A stretch of 51,249 nucleotides of DNA from Perkinsus olseni (lineage: Eukaryota), in NCBI GenBank assembly GCA_013115125.1, contig JABANN010000221.1, positions 1-51,249 on the forward strand. Direction: 5' to 3'. The stretch's first letter is position 1; every line of letters starts with the position of its first letter. The notes beneath the pieces were generated by a model, which had not been told where the DNA came from, did not search any database, and saw only the letters and a list, made by a program, of their open reading frames with translations. Positions 1-10,701 of this stretch are shown here, one piece after another. A program made the translations under genes and the position numbers.

Positions 1-858
1 AAGGTCAAGGAACGTGCTAGTCGTACGGTTCGTTCCAAGATCTTAGGGAGAGTTGAGAGTGATCCCAGTCACTATACGCAGCGGTTGCCTACGCCTACTG
101 GGAAACTACCTACGCCTTTGGTTAAGTATAACCGCCGCCGCGCACAGTACACGGCAGGTGCACCGAGGTGACCATTGTCGACTCCACGGCATAAGTGTCG
201 CCGCCGGCACCAGGGTGACCACACCCCTCGGCAGGCAAGTATTGGATGAGGCTAGCGCGTCAACAATTTCGGTTGTGGCTGCGTCTACGTTCTTTGCCGA
301 TGTCTTCCCGGCCGCTTCTGCTCGCGTTTTGGAGAGCGCTCCTGGTTGGTTCAACATCTTCGAACATTTCCCTGGCGATCGGGTGATTACCGCTCAACCG
401 ATTGAGTCGAGTAGCTCCGAGAATCTGGCGGATATTGTCGAGATCGTAACTCCCTTGGACGCTTCCGACGCTGAGTTGGGGCCCGATTTGCATCTCGAGT
501 CTCGTACCGTTGATTGATGCGACCGGGGTTAATTAGCGGAATGTGCACGACTCGTAATCTGCGTCTGCGTATTGTAAACTTTCGTGGCGATTTGATTCGC
601 GTCTTTTTTGGACTCTCGTACATTTCTTACTCAGCGTTCGATGGAATTATCGATTCTTTCCGGTCTCGAGTTTTGACTGAATTTGACGTCCGAAAGCTAT
701 TCTTTTACCCTCACGCTTTTGTGTTCACTTTGGTGCCCATCTCCCTATGTCGTCCCGCCCCCGGCGGCTGTGACCGACATCTTGTTGGTGGTGTTGTCTG
801 GTGTCGGTGGAGCCTCCACGGTGGAGGACCTCTACTGGTGGTGTAGACGAGGGCGAAC

Positions 859-1079
859 TGTGCATGATAGGTAGGTCCATGTACCATGCTTCAACTCTAA
901 GTCGTTGTCGTGTTAACAAGTGAAGTGTTGCGGTGGTCCCAGAGTCTGCGACCCAGACCACTGGTCTGGGTCCCAGACTCTGGGATCCTCCCTCGTTGAT
1001 CTCACCGGAAGGTACCATGAGATAATGACGCACAATACGCTCTTTCGGGCTGATCTCAATAAAAGTTTCTCATTCAACA
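859..1079 (+). mobile_element. Possible 3' LTR of an LTR retrotransposon
   Basis: Purine-rich tract (agacgagggcgaac) is followed by TG at 859; AATAAA at 1058-1063 and a ...TCAACA end at 1079. No partner LTR or recognisable pol domain in the window. Confidence 0.3.
937..985. repeat. Near-perfect palindrome, 24-bp arms, 1-nt spacer
   Basis: tcccagagtctgcgacccagacca-c-tggtctgggtcccagactctggga; one mismatch. Confidence 0.9.
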
Positions 1080-1180
1080 TCGCAATCTCCGAGTGATGTT
1101 GTCAGCCAATTCACTGGATTCTGCCGTCTTCTCTCTAGTCGTGAGCCCTGACAGATTATGGCAGGTTTGCCCAGTCCACC

Positions 1181-2978
1181 ATGCTTATCGTCCACCCTAC
1201 CCGCGCGACTCATCTCGCACGAAGATTTCGGCCTTTCTGTACACACGCACCCGGCACTGATGACCCATGCCGTTATAAGACAGCGCTCATACCGGAGGGT
1301 ACAATCGAGCCCCTTCGCCGTGGACTCGCTTCCGCCCTCAGCGAGGGCCGAGTGCGAACGAAGTTACCAAAATACCTCGGATTTATCGACACTGCCGAGA
1401 AGGCGAAGTCAGCTCTCCCTTCCATACTGGCCAACGACGTCGTTGGAGTGGACTGTGAAGGCGTTGGCCTATCGCGGTGGGGTCGTTTATGCGTTATGCA
1501 GATCTCGGCGGGTGATACGGTATTTGTATGCGACGCATTGCGAGCTGGCGTGATTGAAAGCCTGAGACCCGTTCTGGAAGCTAGCCATATACGGAAGGTC
1601 TTTCACGATTGCCGAGAAGATTCGGCTGCTTTGTGGGAGCAATTCTCGATCAAGCTGGAAGGTGTATACGACACTCAGACAGCACATCTGGTAAGCACAC
1701 TCATTGCCGGTGTGGTTCGAGTCACCGAAATCTTCCAACCTGGCGCCTTCTACGCACTCCGAGTGATCATTACGATTCGATTTCTTTTTGTAACTGATGG
1801 ACTCTTTCGCATTCTCTTCCACGATGTAAAGCTAATCATTAGGCTCGCATTATTCTATTTGTATGAGGTTGAGAGCATTGGTATTGCCTCTCAGCTCCTC
1901 CTGAAACGGCAATCCCAAGCACAATATCACATATCTTTGGACGACCTCTGCGTCAAGATCTTCGGGGTGCGGCTAGGCACAATAAAGGGAGAGGAATCAG
2001 CAGAGGGAGTCGTGGCGAAGATGGCGCAAGATCCTAATGTTTGGTTCTATCGTCCGCTGCAACCGGATATGGTATCCTATGCAGCCCGCGATGTGATGTG
2101 CTTACCACTGTTGAAGGAGCTCATGTCGCGCCCTGGCTTATTTCCACGTGAAGAAAGTAAGGTAAAAGGGGTGAAGGAAAGCTCAGAAGATTATGTCTGC
2201 CAAGTTGCTTCTGGAACCGGATAGCGAAGGCGTCTTCAGGCACTTCGTCATCAGTCGGGGTCGCACTCCTGGGCGAGTCAGAAGTTATGGCACGAAGTGA
2301 GGAGCACGTGGCCTACTGCCACTTGAATGAGCATATACGCCGACCGAGGGAACTGGAGAAGCGAGGACGACGCTTGGATGCGCTCCTCACTGCTGTCAAC
2401 TCTAGCGGGATGTAGTACCCGAATTAGGGACTTCACAATGGATCTCGTCTGCTTGATACTGTGGCGCACCGCGTAAGGCAAACTCTTGCTTGAGATGAGC
2501 GTAGTGGTATGCATGATAAAAAACGCTCCAGGGTATCTAGGCCCTCCACTGGCATTGTATTCCTCTCTCAAAGAAAGAAGGAATTTTCTGACAAATCCTC
2601 CAGGTACTTCAAGCTGAACTGCGGCCGGCAAGGAGTTGTTTGCCGACCAGAGAGTATGGCGAAAATGCATGACTTACAAGTACGCCCAGCCGTTCGGAGC
2701 GGCTTGGCAGGCCGGGCCTGCTTACTTGCTCCTTTGCTCTGACTTGACGGTCTCAGGTTGGAGATGTCGTCCAGTGTTACGTGTCGGGTTGGAACCCATC
2801 TGGAAGTGTGATATTTCTTGAGCGCTACGAGCGTGGTACAAGAGAAGCTGCCATGATTGACACGGTTCACGAAATTCGGCATCCTGACATGACTTCTCCT
2901 GAGGGGATGTATGGCCGCAGCACGACAGCTCTTCTACAAAAGCTGGATGACAAACGACCACTTACGCGCGGTTTTTAA
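1181..2978 (+). CDS. DEDDy 3'-5' exonuclease (EXD1/Egalitarian-like) with a C-terminal S1/OB-like segment; multi-exon
   Basis: Motifs VGVDCEG (ExoI), KVFHDCRED (ExoII), YDTQ and W..RPL...YAARD (ExoIII). Exons approx. 1181-1690, 1895-2156, ~2240/2255-2411, 2604-2679, 2757-2978 join in frame across GT-AG introns (...YFKLNCGRQGVV...LQ|VGDVVQCYVSGW...IFLER). Confidence 0.88.
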
Positions 2979-3447
2979 GATTGATGAGTGCGCATGTGTC
3001 TGTGCGATTGAACGCCGTTTCCGACGTTTGACAGTTTGTGCACGGAGTAGTGGGGAGGCCTCTGGGACGACGCTGCTCACCGACTTCCGGCATTGAGTGA
3101 TACGCCAGGCTGTGGCTTCTTCTTCGTTAAAGAGTGCGATATAATAACTCAGAGGCGACTCAGGTCTGCGCTGTGGACTGTGCCCTCACGCTGAATTGTT
3201 CCGTAGACAGTAATATCGCGTGGTGATACACTTCTAGTAATTTTCGAATGCATCTTGGGACGTTGATGCTCTGCAACGTTCATTAATTGTTGTCCGTCGT
3301 CCCTAGCTATTCGTAGCCGCTATTCTTCGACCATGGCCCCAAACCATCGAGGCAGTGACCCAGTGTTGTTCAAAGTCATGATGAAGCAATGAGAGTGCCT
3401 GTCTACCACGAGTTGGTGATAGCCAAAAAGCTAGGATAACAGCGTAC

Positions 3448-3519
3448 GCGCCGCTGGTCCAAAGGTTACGACATCTGTCTGCCAAACGGAGGATCCGGGT
3501 TCAATTCCCGGGCGGCGCA
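3448..3519 (+). tRNA. tRNA-Gly(GCC)
   Basis: 72-nt cloverleaf: acceptor GCGCCGC/GCGGCGC+A, anticodon arm TCTGT-CTGCCAA-ACGGA, T arm CCGGG-TTCAATT-CCCGG. Confidence 0.93.
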
Positions 3520-4268
3520 GCTCATTCTTCTTTGCCCGAATCGTTGTCGGATTCAGATGTGGCCACGGTGGAGCCAGACACTCAAGAGAGGTCTGGCTGC
3601 CTCCGAGGCAATGCCTCGGAACCATCAAGGGACCGTATTTTGTGTACTGCAGTACGCTTCTAGTTACACTAGCAGACAGTCAATTGCGTGCGCATTCGGT
3701 TTAGTTGCACTTTCAGGCGGTTATGATGGATGATGCTCCCGACAAACACGTCGATATACAAGATTCTTCTCATTGGCGTCGCAGCACAGGCGAAGAGCAA
3801 CAGCAGGCCGGAGACCGCTGGCTGCGCCGATTAAACTAGAATGCGGGAGGTTAGAATAACAAGGGAGTCGGGATTGCCTCTGACGCAGCGATATGGCGGG
3901 CGTAGAGGAATTCTAACATTGGAACATACCGACATTGGAGGCTCTGGTTGCGAAGGCAAATATCGGAAGTACGAGAGTACCGAAGAAGCATCATCGCTCT
4001 GAAGCGCGTGCTTCGAAAACCTGTGACTCGCAGGCTGCGAGTGTCTCAGCTATCCCGCTGGGTCCTCCACGTCTACAAGTAAGTGTACGTAGCACATGTT
4101 GCTCTGCGGATTCACCACATATTTCCCCTAACCTCGTTCCGTATGAATATAATCGTTACTATCATTATGAGATTCCAATGTAGCCGAAACGACTGAACAT
4201 AACAGAGCCATTGAAAGTGTGAAAAACTTGTTAAATGTATTAATAGTAATAGCTTGCAAGTGAATGCT

Positions 4269-6048
4269 TCATCGGCTTGTCAACACGTATTTTGTCGGCT
4301 GGAGGAAATAGTCGACAACCGTCTTAACGAGGTCATCGAGCTTCTTCTGAGCTTCTCCCATACCAGACTTGTCGCTGATCTCGCAGTAGTACTTGACCTT
4401 CGGCTCGGTACCGGAGGCTCGAATGGTCACAACACCGCCGTTCTCGAAGTACATGGTCAACATTTGCTCATCGGGCGTAACCGGCAGAGTCGACTTCTTA
4501 TCATCCATTCTGGAATCATAACCGAGAGTCACGTCGCGGACATCGGCCACCTTCAAGGAGCCCAACTTTTTCTTGTAGTCGCCGTTGTTGCGGTACTCAT
4601 CGAACATACGCTTGAGAACTTCAGGGTCGTTGTAGATATAGAAACTATTGTATTGAGCGAAGTAGCCAACTTCGTCGCGTATTTGCTCCAACCTCTCATA
4701 CAGGGTGATGCCTTTTTCGCGACGGTAGTAGTTCGCCATCTCGCACCACACACTGCAAGCACTGATACCATCCTTATCGGGGACGGTCATGGTCAGGCCG
4801 CTACCCAGGGACTCTTCATAGGCGTTGCAGTAAGCCAACTCCGGATTCTCAGCGGTCATGTTCATTGCCAAGTTTGCCAACCATTTGAAACCGGTAAGAG
4901 TATCCACATAATGAGCACCATAATGGTCGGCAAGACCCTTCAACATTTTAGACGACACTGTCGAGTTCATAACGAGACAGTTCTTCAGATCGACACCACG
5001 ACGCTTGGCCATGAGAATCTGCCAATCAGAGAAGAGCACACCAAGTTCATCGCCGCCGAAACGGTGCCATGATCCATCCTTCTGCTTCTCACAGGAGGTG
5101 AACCGATCGGCGTCAGGGTCATTAGCAAGAACATAGTCAGTATGCTCTAGCTTCGCTTGGGCAATGGCCATGTCCAAAGCCCCTTTCTCTTCCGGGTTGG
5201 GGAAGGCAACCGTCGGGAACTCCGGGTCTGGCTGGGCCTGCGCAGAGACGACCGAGAAGCTTTTTTCGGGGAACTTAAACTTTCTCAGTAGACCAATGGC
5301 CTGAGGTAGACCGACTCCGTGCATTGGGGTGTAGACGAAGCGGATATCACAGTGCTTGTTGAGTTCAGGGAACCTGCACAGCTCTTTAGAGATCTGCTCA
5401 ATGTAGGCGTAGATGGCTTCCTCATAAGGGTCGATAGTCTTGGTTGGATCCTTCAAGTAACACTCGGAATCAAGCAAATTCAAAGCCTCCTTCCACGGCT
5501 GCAGGTTGTCCTGGATTCTGCTCTCAACTTCAGAGTCGACCGGCGGAATGATTTGAGCTCCGTTGTCACCATAGACTTTATAACCATTGTACTGCTTCGG
5601 GTTGTGCGATGCCGTCATTTGAGCACCACATAAGGCGTGCAAATGCTTCACCAAATACGCGTTCAAAGGGGTCACACTGGTGCTCTTGTCGATGAGATAA
5701 ACCTTCATTCCTCTTGTCAGGAACACAGCAGCTGCAACGTGTGCGAAGCGCCGAGAGTTGTAGCGACCATCAAAGCCGAGGACAACACCGCGCTCAGCCA
5801 TGCCCTCCTTGCCGTACTTATCCTGAAGGTAGACGCACAGGCCTTGTGAAGCCTGTAGAACCGTGAGGCAATTCATCCTATCATAACCGGCACCCATCAC
5901 ACCGCGGAGACCGGCAGTCCCAAACTCGATACGATTTTTTGGATCGAGGTGAGCCTTTATCTCCTCGTCGGTGAAGTTGGCGGCCTCCTTCCTGGTGTTT
6001 TTGTTGGCTGCCGATGGATAACCAGTTCTCCACAGCGGGATCAGTCAT
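4269..6048 (-). CDS. Phosphoglucomutase/phosphomannomutase (PGM2-like), intronless; 1-nt frameshift near the N-terminus
   Basis: Motifs FGTAGLRG, TASHNP (phosphoserine), DPDADR (metal), YEES (sugar) and RASGTEPK. Likely start ATG at 6048 (MTDPAVENWLSI) is one nt out of frame with the main ORF. Confidence 0.93.
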
Positions 6049-6519
6049 GACAATTGAGATTAATCAATAATGAAAACTGAAGATATCGTGTTTGAGCGCC
6101 CATAGGATCCAGCGGCAGCGATACGAAAATACGAGTTGACGCTAGTAATATCAGTTTCCTCTAGATCTTTAACACACAACCTGTGAGATCTTAAAAGCGT
6201 CCGTCCTAAGCGCGACACAGATTTCTGCCTGTAACGCGAAAACGAAAATACCAGTCTGACAGGAAGACGCCTCTACAGATGCCAAGGGGCGTTGACTCTA
6301 GCACGCACGGGGATGACCAGGAAGTTAGATTTTGTCCCAGCACGCGAGTCGGCACAGGCTCCCACTCGGACATCTTTGGGTAAAATCTGTCCCAGAGACA
6401 GCAAATGCCACAACTCGTGACGCCGGCCTCGCGACACCAATGACGGACCGTTTCGGAGAGTTTGAGGGTCTCTCAAGTCGATCTTAAGAGGATCGAACGA
6501 ACATCACCTCGAATATGGC

Positions 6520-6591
6520 TGCGCCGCCCGGGAATCGAACCCGGATTCTCCGTTTGGCAGACAGATGTCGTAACCTTTAGACCAGCGGCGC
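6520..6591 (-). tRNA. tRNA-Gly(GCC)
   Basis: Reverse complement GCGCCGCTGGTCTAAAGGTTACGACATCTGTCTGCCAAACGGAGAATCCGGGTTCGATTCCCGGGCGGCGCA; three differences from the copy at 3448. Confidence 0.95.
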
Positions 6592-7894
6592 GGATGCAAA
6601 TTGCTTTAATGCACCACAGTCACCGGGTAGTCCCTGGCGCAAGATTCACTAGACGGTTTCGAGATCCAATCTTTTTCAGTCTTGAGAACACAACAACTCT
6701 TCAAAATCCGCTTGACTATCGTTCAGTCCTCTCTTCGCTATGAGCAGCTGAAGGGAATCTGATCGAATCACCCAGCAGTGGACGGGTTTTTTTCAAGACC
6801 AGCACAGTAAACAGATGCAAGCCAGCGACTAGTTGCCTGAGCGTCGAGGACTTTGAAATTCCTCGTGCCAATGTTCGATTTCTGCCAATAACAGATCATG
6901 CAAACTCTGCAAGTATGAGGGACATAAGCAGTTGGCTGTCCGAAAAGCGGGGGATTCCCCCGGAAATAGCGACACACTATGACGGTGTGTCTAGGATCAA
7001 GGATCTAACTGAAGAGCTCGTGTACGCAGCGAGCCGCCTTCGGCGGTGCACCTTCATGAGTGTCTACAAGGCTCGCTCTAGAAAAGTACTTCGAAGCCCT
7101 CATCGTTGCGCGAGCATGACCTTGACCATTCCGAGGGAATCATGGAGAGACGAGAAGGCACCAGAATCGCGGAGGACTCTGCTCTTGGAGAGTGTAGAAC
7201 CGACTTTCGACTGCTCCTCACCGCGATGGCTCAGTGTACGCGTTCGTCTGCGCGACTCCGTGCAGTAAAATCGAGTCGGTGAAGAGTTCGGCCCTTCTGT
7301 CGCTTATTTTCACCAGCACATTCCGCGATCCACCAGGTCGCCCCGTGTCAACGGGGCCCGTTGAACGGGCTGTCGTCAGGAGCTAAAGTTATAACCGATC
7401 GCACCGAAGGAGTGAACCAACCATTTCCCCGAACAGGGCTTTGGATCTGCACACCGAAGTCTACGACGGGTTAAGAGTCTCTACTGCGGACGACCTTTCG
7501 CGCCACGGCTCAAGTGAAGTTCAGTTTCTATAGAACCGATTGGCATGGCGATCGTGTGGATCTCTGTCGATGCCGTCGGTCACAGTGTCCCTCGGTGGCG
7601 ACCGAGGCACGCTCTCGCGGGATGCGTACCCCAAACGATCCGTCGGCCAACACACGCCGTGTGTCACACGGCATCTTCGTGCGGCCTGGGCTTTGTCATG
7701 ACTGTGTAGCGCCGTGATTAGGAACGCGTTGGCGGAGAAAGTTGAACTCGCTCGAATGACCTCTCAACGGAGACTCGCCTTTGTGAGCCCTTCCCACTCA
7801 GAACATGGAACACGACCGTTCTCCACTCAAAGCCGAATGCTATATTTCGAGAAAAATGTGAAAAATATTAGTCGGAATAAAAACTGAGGGGAGA

Positions 7895-9937
7895 TTAGCA
7901 CGCACAAGGGGGCGGCTGACTTGGCTGTTTGAAGGGACACTCAGGCGGCTCAACTTCTAACATCGCTGCGACCGCTTCGCTGGGGGAGAGCTCTTCAACA
8001 TTCTTCTTGAGCTTGGCAGCAGCACTCTTCAGGACCTCGTGCTTGGCGACTTGGAGCTCTCCAACCTTCGAGTTATAGCAGTCGGGATCGAAGGCAACGT
8101 GATCGGCGTCCATGGCGGAACGGTACAGGTGATGATCTAATGGGCAATGTACCGTCGAATCACCATCACGGCAACCGATGGGAGACCACATCGGAGCTAG
8201 TTCGAAATAATCTGCCCAAGAACAGTACTCGCACATGTAGGTATCCTTGGAATGCGGCTGACCAGGCTCGAAATTGCCGTTCTGAACATCCACCATGGCT
8301 TTACAATTATCATCAGTGGACTCGCAGTAGCGTTCCCAGATATCGGAAGTAGGAGAGAGACCATCGGCGTAAGGCCTTGGAATTGAAAAACCGCTCCTCA
8401 TCAACTCGACGCCTCGTTGAATCGTGTCTATGATACCTTCACGCTGAAGTCGACCATAGATGTTCCATAGCCGTCGAGGGTAATACACCGAGCCCAAATG
8501 CGAAGAACCAGTAGCGAAGTGGACGTCTCTATAGGAGACTTGGTATCTTTGGGGATCACCAAGAAGCTCCATCGACCCAAGATGCACCACAACCCCACCT
8601 GGCTTGGTCAAGTGACATCGTGTCAAGCCCGTGCCCGTGGAGCTGATATACAAATGAGAACGCCCGATGATGTCTAACTGTTCGGCAAAAGAATGATCCT
8701 CCCATTCAAGAAAAGTTATATCGCAGTCAAGAAGGGCTGCAGAGTTGGCCGCTATGTCTTTCAACATCGACTTCATCTCCTCATCGAACCTCTTGTTGTC
8801 AGTTATAACCCCTCGGCATTTCTCGTCAGGATCAGCATCAGCTACATGAAGCTCAGGCTTCGGCCACGGAGCTAGATCGAAGCCGGCGAGCAGCCTCTGC
8901 CCAAACCAAAATAATGCATTCTCGTATGAATAAGAGCCGGGCATAGCCATGCTTCGCTGAGGGTTGCGATGGCCCATGAACCGACTGCCGACTAGCAGCC
9001 TGGAGAAGACAGTTAGCGGAGACTTGAGGTCAGTCGTGAGAAAGACGGCGCCTCGCCCGAAGCTTTCAAGGACTGTCCAGTAAGGGACCGACCAAAAGAT
9101 TCCTCTAGCTCGCTTTGAACCATCATCGCCCAAGGGAACCATGTTCAGCGCATCGAAGGTGTGACCAAACCGCACGGCTGTCACCCAAGCTGGATAAAAA
9201 CTGTCATAGAGGAAGTGCCCTGGGTTTAACGCGCCGAAAAACTGCCAGTGGAGGCTGGTGCCGGATACGAGTTGCGGCTCCGGACTGCCCGTGAGCCAGG
9301 AAAAGAAGTTTCTTTGCTTCCTTCGTTTCCACTGGACGAAAACCGACTCGTCCTTGAAGAACAAGATTTGGGGATGGAATGGTACGGCCTCCTTCCGGTC
9401 CTTCGCGTCACTCGAGACGCCGTTGAGAATCTCCCGTACACTGGTCTCGGTAACGGGCGTGCCTGTGTCGGTCTGATTATTGAAGACATCTGCACCGTTG
9501 AAGTCGAAGGCACCTCCCGTATACGCTGCCTTCTTAACATTGCCGAGGTCATTTCCAGGCAAAACGATAACGAAATTGTTAATCGTACTATCATAGTAGA
9601 GCCGATCGAATGCACAGGACCGATTTCTTCGCCATCCAACACACTGAATGGACGTCCAAGGAGATTCGGGGTTTCCTACTCCGGGAGCAACATAATCGAC
9701 CCATTGAGGCCTCCCGCTAGTTTCGTTCGTCAAAGAACGAGCAGGCCTCCCAGCTCGATGAAGCATGTGGAGTCCATTAGAGACTTTCTGCATAGGAGGA
9801 GGAATCCGCGGCTCGAAGTGTACCATGAAGCTCCCACTCGTGAGATAGATTTGGATTACCGCAAGAAGAACGACTACGACCACGACGAATGTGATCCGGC
9901 GTGGGGAGAGCAGGAGCAGCTGCCACCGCCGTAGCAT
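7895..9937 (-). CDS. Type II membrane glycosyltransferase-like protein (GT61-like), intronless
   Basis: Long ORF with an N-terminal TM anchor (ITFVVVVVVLLAVIQIYL). NPGHFLYD and FAEQLDIIGRSHLYISSTGTGLT resemble GT61 motifs; Cys-rich C-terminus. Start taken at ATG 9937 (MLRRWQ). Confidence 0.65.
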   Translation of the reverse strand: MLRRWQLLLLSPRRITFVVVVVVLLAVIQIYLTSGSFMVHFEPRIPPPMQKVSNGLHMLHRAGRPARSLTNETSGRPQWVDYVAPGVGNPESPWTSIQCVGWRRNRSCAFDRLYYDSTINNFVIVLPGNDLGNVKKAAYTGGAFDFNGADVFNNQTDTGTPVTETSVREILNGVSSDAKDRKEAVPFHPQILFFKDESVFVQWKRRKQRNFFSWLTGSPEPQLVSGTSLHWQFFGALNPGHFLYDSFYPAWVTAVRFGHTFDALNMVPLGDDGSKRARGIFWSVPYWTVLESFGRGAVFLTTDLKSPLTVFSRLLVGSRFMGHRNPQRSMAMPGSYSYENALFWFGQRLLAGFDLAPWPKPELHVADADPDEKCRGVITDNKRFDEEMKSMLKDIAANSAALLDCDITFLEWEDHSFAEQLDIIGRSHLYISSTGTGLTRCHLTKPGGVVVHLGSMELLGDPQRYQVSYRDVHFATGSSHLGSVYYPRRLWNIYGRLQREGIIDTIQRGVELMRSGFSIPRPYADGLSPTSDIWERYCESTDDNCKAMVDVQNGNFEPGQPHSKDTYMCEYCSWADYFELAPMWSPIGCRDGDSTVHCPLDHHLYRSAMDADHVAFDPDCYNSKVGELQVAKHEVLKSAAAKLKKNVEELSPSEAVAAMLEVEPPECPFKQPSQPPPCAC

Positions 9938-10701
9938 GCGGAATGAGGGCGAGTTGAACGAAGCAACTGAAGTGGTGGGGTAAATAAGTACTACTCGTAC
10001 TTCTTTAGAAAAGAAGTTTGATACCTGACTGACCAGAGTGAAGACAGGATAGTAGGCAGTTAAGAAACACAAGTTTTTCCCCAGTAGCAATTGCCAATAC
10101 ACCGATGCGCTTGAATTATTCGAAAAGTATTCGACAAAAACTTTTCACGAGAGGACCCTCACCCACTCAGGCAGACTGGGTCCATCGTGTATCCGAGGCA
10201 GCTAGGAACAACAGGAAAACGAGGCTGGAACGGTGGTTCCCAATCCCGACCTGCCGACTCTCGCACTAAATCCAACAATCTCTCAGAAAAAACAAGGACC
10301 CCTCACCCATGAAAAAACAATCCTGAACAAGGGAGACGCAGGGACCATCGGGCCAGAGACAATTCGGCACTCGAACCGCAAACTATTGCTATCTTGTTCC
10401 TTCTCAACGCCGGTAGAGACCGACACAGGGCAGCTCGATCTGCTACAGTCTCCAGCTCACATGCTACCTCCCTGATCGCCTGCGGCCGTCCTGTGCAGTC
10501 GGCGATTCCCGACTGCACAATCAATTGCGGTTCCAGAGTGAGACACGGAGCATCAGATTCTCCAGATTCTCTCTTCAGGTTCCTGTTGAAAAGCATAGAG
10601 AGAAAATACCACTCACGCAGTGTGGTCCGGTTGTCGAGCGCTCAACACGGAACCTGGTGAGGCTGGGAAACGTTTCGTAGCACGAAGTAACTGGCCCTCG
10701 G

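Noticed and set aside
4254-5072. 272-aa plus-strand ORF
   Set aside because: Antisense shadow of the PGM coding sequence; no independent motifs.
6049-6130. Relict spliced leader upstream of the intronless PGM
   Set aside because: No match to the Perkinsus/dinoflagellate SL (CCGTAGCCATYTTGGCTCAAG) seen by eye here or elsewhere.
9248-9934. 228-aa plus-strand ORF
   Set aside because: Antisense to the glycosyltransferase-like gene.
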